DNA of 64,000 nucleotides from Candidatus Binatia bacterium (GTDB lineage Bacteria; Desulfobacterota; Binatia; Bin18): NCBI GenBank assembly GCA_963664395.2, contig OY761159.2, positions 3,360,001 to 3,424,000 of the forward strand, read 5' to 3'. Shown piece by piece: positions 56,202 to 64,000 of this stretch (position 1 is its first letter; each line of letters starts with the position of its first letter). The notes under the pieces were generated by a model. It saw only the letters and a program-made list of their open reading frames with translations, ran no database searches and was not told where the DNA came from. The position numbers and the translations under genes were made by a program.

Positions 56202-57668
56202 ATGAGCTTCGCCCCTTCCGAAAAACACCCGTCCCAGGTTCCGTCCCTGAAGCAGCAGCTCGGGCCGTTTCAGTTTTTCGCCATTGCCTTTGGCTCGATT
56301 ATTGGCGTGGGCTGGATGATTGTGGTTGGGGACTGGCTCCAGAGTGCCGGGCCGCTGGGCGTGAGTCTGGCCTTTCTTGGCAGCGCCGGCATGATCGTTC
56401 TTGTTGGGCTGTGCTACGCCGAGCTGGCAACCATGCTGCCGGTTGCCGGCGGGGAGATTGCCTATACCTATCTGACCTCGGGTCCGTTTCTTGCCTATGG
56501 GGTCGGCTGGTTTCTCGTGCTCGGTTATGTGGCGATTTGCGCGTTTGAAGCCGTCTCGCTGGGCCGGATTCTCGGGTTTCTCTTCCCGGCTCTCAATGCA
56601 CTGACGGCTGAGGTAGCCGGCGTATCCATCCCCGTCGGCCATGTTGGCGTCGGTCTGGGTGGGACCGTGCTGATTGGAGGTGTGAATTGGCGCGGGGTGC
56701 GGTTAGCCAGTCAGCTCCAGACTGTCCTCACCTGCATCCTCTTTCTCCTCACGGCACTCTTTGTTGGGGCCGCCCTGTGGAAAGGTCAGGTCAGCCATCT
56801 CGCTCCGCTGTTTGCTGCGCAGTCTGGTCAATCAGCACTGAGTGGGATGTTCTGGATCTTTGTCACCGCGCCCTTGTGGTATATGGGCTTTGATATCATT
56901 CCGCAGATGGTCGAGGAGGCCGCGCCGACCTTTTCACTCAAACGACTCAGTATCATTATTCCGCTTTCAATTGGCGCGGCTGCGGTGTTTTACGTGTGCG
57001 TGGTTGTGGCCACAGCCATTGTCTGGCCCTGGCGTGAGGTGGCCGGCCGGGAGTTGCCAGCCGCCTATGCCCTGCGCCAAGCATTTCAGAATTCGTGGTT
57101 GAGTCACTGCGTCCTGTCCGCGGGGGCGGTGGGCTTGCTGACCACCTGGAATGGCTTCTGCCTGGGCGCGTCGCGCTTACTGTACGCGCTCGGTCGGGCG
57201 CGTTTGTTGCCCGCCTTTTTTGGCGCTGTTCACCCGCGCCATGCCACGCCGTACAAAGCGCTGCTGTTTGTGAGCGGGCTGAGTGTGGGGAGTGTTTTTC
57301 TTGGTCGGGATGTCCTCATTCCGCTGGTGAACGTGTCGTCATTCGGCATCGCGGTTGCCTTCCTGGGTGTGACCCTGTCTCTGCCGGCTCTCCGTCAGCG
57401 TTTCCCTGACCTCCCCCGCCCGTACCAGGTCCCGTTCGGAAATATCGTCTCGCGTCTGGCGGCCGGTGGAGCGTGTATGACCCTGTTGGCATTTGTCTTA
57501 CCCATGAGTCCGGCCGCCTTTGGTTGGCCGGTTGAGTGGGGCATCCTGTTATTCTGGATACTGCTCGGGGGAGTCTTGTGGGTCGGGAGCCAAGCGTATC
57601 GCACAAGTATTTCTGAGAAGGAACGCCGGGCAGTCCTGCTGCAAGGCAAGCTGGAGCATATAGCGTAA
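56202..57668 (+). CDS. APC family amino acid permease
   Basis: FGSIIGVGW, YAELATMLPVAGG, GFDIIPQ..EE and SRLLYALGR motifs. Confidence 0.92.
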   Translation: MSFAPSEKHPSQVPSLKQQLGPFQFFAIAFGSIIGVGWMIVVGDWLQSAGPLGVSLAFLGSAGMIVLVGLCYAELATMLPVAGGEIAYTYLTSGPFLAYGVGWFLVLGYVAICAFEAVSLGRILGFLFPALNALTAEVAGVSIPVGHVGVGLGGTVLIGGVNWRGVRLASQLQTVLTCILFLLTALFVGAALWKGQVSHLAPLFAAQSGQSALSGMFWIFVTAPLWYMGFDIIPQMVEEAAPTFSLKRLSIIIPLSIGAAAVFYVCVVVATAIVWPWREVAGRELPAAYALRQAFQNSWLSHCVLSAGAVGLLTTWNGFCLGASRLLYALGRARLLPAFFGAVHPRHATPYKALLFVSGLSVGSVFLGRDVLIPLVNVSSFGIAVAFLGVTLSLPALRQRFPDLPRPYQVPFGNIVSRLAAGGACMTLLAFVLPMSPAAFGWPVEWGILLFWILLGGVLWVGSQAYRTSISEKERRAVLLQGKLEHIA

Positions 57669-57794
57669 CGCCTTTTTCCCTTGACCGAGTTCGGCTGGGC
57701 GCGCTAACGTCCATAAGGTCCATCCAGGCGCTTTCCAAGTTCACGTTGAACAGTTCACGTTGAATAACTCATGTTGGATAATCGGGGGAGACGG

Positions 57795-58679
57795 ATGCAA
57801 TACGGGATACATGTCAATAGTGGGGCGGCTGTGACCGATCCCGCCGTGCTGCGGGATATGGCCCAGTTGGCGGAAGAACTGGGTTGTGAGTCCATCCTGA
57901 TTGGCGACCACCTCCTGCCGCCGCAAAAAATTCAGACCCCCTAACGCCTTCCGGTCAAGATGGACAATCCGCCGTGGCATGTATACCAGGAGCACGATTG
58001 GCCGGACTGTTTCACTACCCTGGCGTTTCTGGCTGCAATCACAACGCGAGTGCGGTTGGGGGTGAGCGTGATTATCCTGCCCTATCGCCATCCCGTGGCT
58101 GTCACCAAGATGCTGACAACGCTGGATCGTTTGTCGGGCGGACGTATCATCTGTGGCGTTGGCATTGGCTGGCTGAAGGACGAGTTTGCGTTTCTTGGTA
58201 TCCCGTTCGAAGAGCGGGCGGCTTTGAGCGAGGACTGTCTCAAGCTGATGAAAACGTTGTGGACGGATACGCACCCGCGTCTTACCACCGCCTATGGAAA
58301 GATTGATGCTGATGTGAATTTTGGGCCGCCGCCCGTTCAGCGGCCGCATCCGCCGATTTGGATCGGCGGTAATAGCATGCCCGCCCTGCGCCGCGTGGCG
58401 CGCTGGGGAGACGGTTGGCAGCCGGTTTTTCTCTCACCCGAGACGATTCGGCACAAGACGGAGACCTTGCACCGCCTTATGCACGAGGCCGGCCGCGATG
58501 CTGCCCGGTTGGAGATTACAACACTTGTCGGAGCGGATGTCTCTGTCGCCGAAGCGCAGGCGTACCAAGCGGCAGGCGTGCAGGCGTTATACATGCTGAC
58601 AACAACGGATCAGCCGGCTGAACTCTTTGTGCAGATGAAACAGTTTGTGGCGACAATGCGAGAGGTCGGAAACGGATAA
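57795..58679 (+). pseudogene. LLM-class flavin/F420-dependent oxidoreductase with an in-frame TAA at 57942
   Basis: MQYGIH...AEELGCESILIGDH is in frame with TLDRLSGGR...GIGW..EF...PPIWIGG; a single premature stop separates them. Confidence 0.85.
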
Positions 58680-58691
58680 AGGAGAGACGAC

Positions 58692-59822
58692 ATGACGCGT
58701 ATTATTGATGCGGACAGCCATTTTATGGAACCGCTTGACCTGTGGGAGCAGTATATCGACCCACAGTATCGCTCGCGCTGCTTGCGGTTTGAACAAGATC
58801 CCAAAAACAACCAGTATACGGTTGCCGTTGAAGATCTTCGGATCGATCATTCTGGAGATCTCAGCATCGAAGAACTCTTGGGCGTTGCCGTCGGCTATGG
58901 CCAAAAAGAATCGGGCCAGGGGCTCAAGTCCTTCGATCCGGCCCAGGCGTTCAGTCACTCGCTTGAGGACATGGAGCAACGTCTCCGATTCCTCGATATC
59001 GAAGGGATAGCAGGCCAGTTTATCTACCCCACCCTGGGGTTGCTGTGGGAGGACCTGGTTGAAGACCCGCAACTCGCCGCCGCCCACTGCCGCGCCTATA
59101 ACCGTTGGACGGTTGAAACGTGTCAGGGGCATATGGATCGTCTCTATCCCCTGGGCCATATTTCGTTGCGCAACCCTGCCGCTGCGGTCGAGGAGATTCA
59201 GCGCTTGGCCAAAGCCGGAGTGCACGGGGTCTTTGTTGGTGCCCTGCCCATAAACGGTAAAAGTTTTGGCCATCCGGACTTTGACCCCGTCTGGGCAACG
59301 GCCCAGGAGTGCGACATTGCCGTCGGACTGCACCTGGTGGTCCATGCAAAATATATTGGCAACGAATGGTATAGCGACCGTGATCCCGGCTTTATGTTTC
59401 TCAGCATGAATGTCATTCAAGACCCCCGCATGGCCCTCACCACCATGGTCTATGACGGCGTGTTCGAGCGTTTCCCGCGCCTGCGGGTGGCCACGATTGA
59501 GTCTGCCAGCGGCTGGGTTGCCGAGTGGCTCGACCGGCTGGACTATCGGTTCAGCTATATGGGCCACACCTGCCAGATGAAGCGGCCGGCCAGCGAATAC
59601 TTTGCGCGCAACATCTGGATTTCCGCCGACCCGAGCGAACGGACCCTGCCGTATATGATTGAGTTGGTTGGGGACGATAAGTTTTTTGTGGGCTCGGATT
59701 ATCCCCATGCCGAAGGCTTTACCGAGCCGGTCAAAAAAACCCGCGCATCACTGGCGCGTCTGCCCGAAGCTTCGGTCAACAAAATCCTGGGGGAGAATGC
59801 CGCCAAATTCTTTGGCCTGTAG
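58692..59822 (+). CDS. Amidohydrolase 2 family protein
   Basis: IIDADSHFME, YNRW, GVFERFPRL and GSDYPH motifs. Confidence 0.92.
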   Translation: MTRIIDADSHFMEPLDLWEQYIDPQYRSRCLRFEQDPKNNQYTVAVEDLRIDHSGDLSIEELLGVAVGYGQKESGQGLKSFDPAQAFSHSLEDMEQRLRFLDIEGIAGQFIYPTLGLLWEDLVEDPQLAAAHCRAYNRWTVETCQGHMDRLYPLGHISLRNPAAAVEEIQRLAKAGVHGVFVGALPINGKSFGHPDFDPVWATAQECDIAVGLHLVVHAKYIGNEWYSDRDPGFMFLSMNVIQDPRMALTTMVYDGVFERFPRLRVATIESASGWVAEWLDRLDYRFSYMGHTCQMKRPASEYFARNIWISADPSERTLPYMIELVGDDKFFVGSDYPHAEGFTEPVKKTRASLARLPEASVNKILGENAAKFFGL

Positions 59823-59879
59823 TTTGTGGGCTCTCATAGACCCTGATTCCATCAAGAGCATTCTTATGAGACCAGCGGT

Positions 59880-62342
59880 ATGAAACAGAGCGCGGGCGCA
59901 GATATGCGGTCTGCCGCACGTGGACAACACTGGGACCTGTACGACCTGGACATGCTTGAGCGTATCCAGCGACGGGTCCTGTGGCTGTCAACGTATATTG
60001 TGCATTATGCGAACTTTGTTCGTCCCAACCCGGACGGGCTCAAGGTTGGCGGGCATGAGGCCAGCTCGGCGTCTGTGGTGACGCTCCTGACCGCGCTGTA
60101 TTTTTATTTTCTGCGGCCGGGTGATCGCGTTTCCATTAAGCCGCACGCCTCCCCGGTTTTCCATGCGATTCAGTTTTTACGCGGCGCTCTCCCACAAGAG
60201 AAGCTCAAAGCATTCCGTCAGTATGGCGGTCTGCAAGCCTACCCGTCCCGCACCAAAGATCCGGATCAGGTCGATTTTTCAACCGGATCGGTCGGCTTGG
60301 GTGCCGTCGCGTCGCTCTTTGGAGCGCTGGTCCGGGATTATCTTGGCGACCACGCCGGGTTGGCTGAATTTGCTGGAAATGAACAGCCGTCCGGGTTGGC
60401 TTCAGGCTGGCATATTGCATTGGTTGGTGATGCTGAGCTGGATGAGGGTAATATTTGGGAAGCGCTGGGCGAAGCCTATATTCAGCGGATGTCGCGTATG
60501 CTGTGGATCGTTGACCTGAACCGTCAGAGCCTCGACCGCGTAGTCCCGGACGGCCGCGCCCAGCAGCTGAGAGAAATGTTTTCCGCCAACGGCTGGCATA
60601 TCATCGATCTGAAATATGGCACCGCGCTCGAAGACCTCTTCCGTAAACCCTATGGGCTCAAACTCAGAGCCCGGATCGATGAGATGAGTAATGAGGAGTA
60701 TCAGAGTCTGTTGCTCCAAGACGGGATTACTATCCGTGATCGTTTTGTGCAGCACGGCGAGCACAGAGATGAGGCTATGGCCGAGCTGCTGGCTGGCTAT
60801 GAGCCGGATGAAGTGAAAGCGCTGCTGGCCAATCTTGGCGGACACGACCTGGGGCGGGTCCTCGAAGCCTTTGCCGAGGCGTTCGCCATCGACACCCAAC
60901 CCATTGTGATCTTTGCCTATACGATCAAAGGCTGGAACCTGCCGCTGGCAGGGAATCCTGCCAACCATGCTCGGCTGCTCAAGCCTGAGGAGATCGAAGG
61001 CGTCCGCCAACGTCTTGGGGTTGTTGCAGGTGAGGAGTTTGCCGCCTTTCCCCCGGACAGCGAAGAGGCGCGCTATATTAACGCGCTGCTGAAGGCGGGG
61101 GAGCTGCCGGCTGAGCAGTGCGCTGTGTCATCTGAAATTGCCGAAGCACCAGCCATTGAGATTCCGGCCGGCTTGGGCGGAACGTATCATGGCGTCCTGT
61201 CAACGCAGGCCATATTGGGCCGTATTTTTCTTGCGTTAAGCCGTCAGCCCAAGATTGCCTCCCACCTGGTAACGATTTCGCCTGATGTCGCTATGTCAAC
61301 CAATCTGGGCGGCTGGATTCACAAAGTCGGCGTGTACTCACGTCGTCAGATGAAGAATTACTTTGATGAGTCCGGCATCTCTCTGCTGATTGATTGGCGC
61401 GAGGACCCAACCGGGAAACATATCGAACTCGGTATCTCTGAGAACAATCTTTTTCTGGCCCTGGGTGCCTTTGGCTTAGCCGACGAGCTGTATGGGCAGT
61501 CCTTATTCCCGATTGGTACGGTCTACGATCCGTTTGTGTGTCGGGCGCTCGATGCCTTTATTTATGCGGCCTATTCTCAAGCAAAATTCATTGTCATTGG
61601 CACCCCCTCAGGCATCAGTCTCAGTTCTGAAGGAGGGGCGCACCAGTCGCTCATTACTCCGGGCATCGGTGTCCAACTGCCTGGGGTCACGTATTACGAG
61701 CCGGCGTATGCGCTTGAGCTGGAATGGATACTTCTGGCCGCACTGGCCGAACTTCAGGACCGGGACAACGGCAAGAGTGCCTATTTACGGCTCTCGACAA
61801 AACCGCTGGACCAGGCTGTCTTCAATATGGTGCTGGAACGAGAAGGCGAAGAAGACCTGCGGCAGCAGGTGCTCCAGGGCGGCTATCGGCTGCTGGATTG
61901 GCAGTCCGAAGAAGACTACCAGCCCGGCGCGAACGTTGTCCACGTTTTTGTGACTGGCGCCATGCTGCCGGAAGCCGTCGAGGCCGCTCAACAACTCAAG
62001 CAGCATGGGATTTTTGCCAACGTGTTTAACGTCACCAGTGCCGATCTGCTGTTTCACGACTACGTGGCGACACAGCATAAGTGTATGCAGGGCCAGCGGT
62101 ACGAAAGTTGGGTTGAAGCCCTCGTGCCGGTTGCCGAGCGAAGCGCCCCGGTTATTACCCTGCACGATGCCCATCCGCATACCCTGTCGTTTATCGGTGG
62201 GGCGTTAGCAACGCGTATGACCTGTCTTGGGGTGACGGAGTTCGGACAGTCCGGCTCGCAAGCCGACCTCTATCGGCGCTACGGGATTGCGTCTGAGAAT
62301 GTTGTCGAGGCAGCCCGCTGGATCGTTGGGCAGGAAGAATAG
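59880..62342 (+). CDS. AceE-like ThDP-dependent 2-oxoacid dehydrogenase E1 / transketolase-like enzyme
   Basis: KVGGHEASSAS, STGSVGLG, GDAELDEGN, NRQSLD, ELGISENN, EGGAHQS and FGQSG motifs. Confidence 0.88.
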   Translation: MKQSAGADMRSAARGQHWDLYDLDMLERIQRRVLWLSTYIVHYANFVRPNPDGLKVGGHEASSASVVTLLTALYFYFLRPGDRVSIKPHASPVFHAIQFLRGALPQEKLKAFRQYGGLQAYPSRTKDPDQVDFSTGSVGLGAVASLFGALVRDYLGDHAGLAEFAGNEQPSGLASGWHIALVGDAELDEGNIWEALGEAYIQRMSRMLWIVDLNRQSLDRVVPDGRAQQLREMFSANGWHIIDLKYGTALEDLFRKPYGLKLRARIDEMSNEEYQSLLLQDGITIRDRFVQHGEHRDEAMAELLAGYEPDEVKALLANLGGHDLGRVLEAFAEAFAIDTQPIVIFAYTIKGWNLPLAGNPANHARLLKPEEIEGVRQRLGVVAGEEFAAFPPDSEEARYINALLKAGELPAEQCAVSSEIAEAPAIEIPAGLGGTYHGVLSTQAILGRIFLALSRQPKIASHLVTISPDVAMSTNLGGWIHKVGVYSRRQMKNYFDESGISLLIDWREDPTGKHIELGISENNLFLALGAFGLADELYGQSLFPIGTVYDPFVCRALDAFIYAAYSQAKFIVIGTPSGISLSSEGGAHQSLITPGIGVQLPGVTYYEPAYALELEWILLAALAELQDRDNGKSAYLRLSTKPLDQAVFNMVLEREGEEDLRQQVLQGGYRLLDWQSEEDYQPGANVVHVFVTGAMLPEAVEAAQQLKQHGIFANVFNVTSADLLFHDYVATQHKCMQGQRYESWVEALVPVAERSAPVITLHDAHPHTLSFIGGALATRMTCLGVTEFGQSGSQADLYRRYGIASENVVEAARWIVGQEE

Positions 62343-63041
62343 GAAGAATAGGGGGAAGGGCACCCTCAAGGGTTGCCCCTACTTTTTGCTCCCTCGCCCG
62401 ATGGGAGAGGGTTGGGGTGAGGGTTGCGCAGTGCGCGTCTCTCGATACGCCCGCCTTGCTTCAAGCAATGCCCCGGTGAGCCCGGTCGTAAGCTGCTCGT
62501 CCTGATGCTCAAGGCCGGCATCAAGAAAGGCTTGTTTGACTACCTGGATAGCTTCAAATGCTTCGTCAAAGAGATGGTTGAGAAGCGTGTGAAAAAGCAC
62601 TTGTCCCGGTTTGCTGAGCGGGCCTGCCTCAACGGCATACAGGGCTCCGATAAGCTGCTGAGTGATCTGACTCACGGCAAAGAGCCGGGTGGAGTGGTTG
62701 GTCAGCAACGAGTGCTTGTGTAAAAACAACCCACGCAAGAATCGACTGTAGTGATCGCGTTGACGGCGGAGATTGCGGAGGCTGTGCAAAAAGGCTTCGG
62801 GTTGTCCGTGGGCCGCTGGCGGCATGACTGATCCTAGACGCATTGGGTCGAGCTTTTGCCTATGCCGAGTGAGAAGAACTGTCAATGCAACAGGCTTCTC
62901 TTGGTCTCTTCACGTGACGACGATTCTCTTATTTGTGTTGATTCTCTTGCCCGCCGGACAACGGCGCTCGCCCTGAGGCCATTGCTGCCTCGTCCTCTCT
63001 ACGCTTAGATAGCGATAGCCTTACGAGAAGAAAGACAACTC

Positions 63042-63629
63042 ATGCGTATCGGTCTTGTCACTGACACCCATCTCCCGAGTACTATTCGCGAGCTGTGGGA
63101 TGAAGTACGAGTTGCTTTTGCAGGCGTGGACCTGATTCTCCATGGCGGGGATATCGTGTCTCCGCGCGTACTGGACTGGCTGGACGACATTGCGCCCACG
63201 CGCGCCGCTCGGGGTAATAATGACGGTGGGTGGGAAGACCCGCGTCTGGAAGACGTGCAGTGGCTGCACCTCGAAGGCTGGCGGATTGTCATGATCCACG
63301 ACATGGAGCCTGAGGAGCGTCCGATTGCAGCCTTACAAGAGAGGTATCTGCGCGGCGAACATGCGGACATCATCATCACCGGGCATACCCACTTTGAGCG
63401 ATTGGAGTATCGAGACGGGGTCCTTCAGGTTAACTCGGGCAGTGCCACCCACCCCCATCTGTGGTCTACCCGGCTTGGAACGGTCGGGGTGCTCGATATC
63501 GCACCCGGAAAAATGACCGCCCGTATCCTTCGACTGGGCGAAAGCCCCGACTTGAAGAATCCAGGCCGGGAATTGTTCTTTGACCTGGAAGACTATCTGC
63601 GCTCGGAGCGTAACCCGCCAGCTCCATAG
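63042..63629 (+). CDS. Metallophosphoesterase (YfcE family)
   Basis: DTH, HGGD, RGNND, GHTH and NSGS motifs. Confidence 0.9.
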   Translation: MRIGLVTDTHLPSTIRELWDEVRVAFAGVDLILHGGDIVSPRVLDWLDDIAPTRAARGNNDGGWEDPRLEDVQWLHLEGWRIVMIHDMEPEERPIAALQERYLRGEHADIIITGHTHFERLEYRDGVLQVNSGSATHPHLWSTRLGTVGVLDIAPGKMTARILRLGESPDLKNPGRELFFDLEDYLRSERNPPAP

Positions 63630-63631
63630 CA

Positions 63632-64000
63632 CTATTTCCCCAGCGCCTGCAACCTGTCCAGCGACGGGGCAAAGAAGTGTGCGCCCGATACTGCCTGGGT
63701 GTAGTCCATGAGATGATCGTGCCGTCCATCCCCGCCGGCTCCCAGCATCCGCCGTAGCATCTTGTCGGTAATATCGAGGTCTTTGGTATAGGCAATGAAG
63801 AACAAGCCCGCCTCCGAGGTCGTGCCATAGGGAAAACTGTGGCGCAGGATTTCCAGTTCTTGCCCGTTTTCTTCTATGACCACCCGGCTGATATGGGCGG
63901 TTGGGGGTTTGGCCTCGTCGGGCAGCTCTTCGCTATCGGCCTTGCGTCGGCCTACGGCTTTTTCCTGCTCGTCTTGTGGGATAGCATTCCACTTAGAGAA
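63632..64000 (-). CDS. Dyp-type peroxidase, 5' end outside the window
   Basis: AHISRV...ILRHSFPYG...GLFFIAY...DHLMDYTQAVSGAHFFAPS. Confidence 0.88.
   Translation of the reverse strand, partial: FSKWNAIPQDEQEKAVGRRKADSEELPDEAKPPTAHISRVVIEENGQELEILRHSFPYGTTSEAGLFFIAYTKDLDITDKMLRRMLGAGGDGRHDHLMDYTQAVSGAHFFAPSLDRLQALGK

Noticed and set aside
62379-62885. 168-aa minus-strand ORF
   Set aside because: Possibly a real gene fragment, but its start is unclear, its end runs through a REP hairpin and no family was recognised.

Overview
GC-rich bacterial genomic window; no rRNA or tRNA genes recognised. The centrepiece (about 9.9-24.9 kb) is a minus-strand type I-E CRISPR-Cas locus (cas3, cas8e, cas11, cas7, cas5, cas6e, cas1, cas2, leader, 16-repeat array). 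Its most unusual feature is a Cas11/Cse2 subunit with an N-terminal VRR-NUC (PD-(D/E)xK) nuclease domain whose catalytic motif looks intact, in a locus that still encodes a full HD-helicase Cas3. The trailer end of the array is split by a 2.3-kb tyrosine-recombinase/BrnTA element, and the whole locus is bracketed by repeats of a second, unrelated CRISPR family (37 bp, ending ATTGAAAC). The rest of the window holds a large secreted S8 peptidase with a possible stand-alone propeptide gene, a PotABCD-like transporter, catabolic genes (amidase, Rieske oxygenases, hydantoinase/oxoprolinase, LLM, amidohydrolase), a Fur-boxed porin/FMN-binding/ApbE operon, an SRA-HNH nuclease, a candidate three-gene ART-like toxin module, several TA genes and orphan antitoxins, two MITE families and REP-like hairpins. 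Several frameshifts or stops (potD, cas2, cas7, LLM) may be real decay or assembly indels. All family calls come from motif recognition by eye, not database searches.
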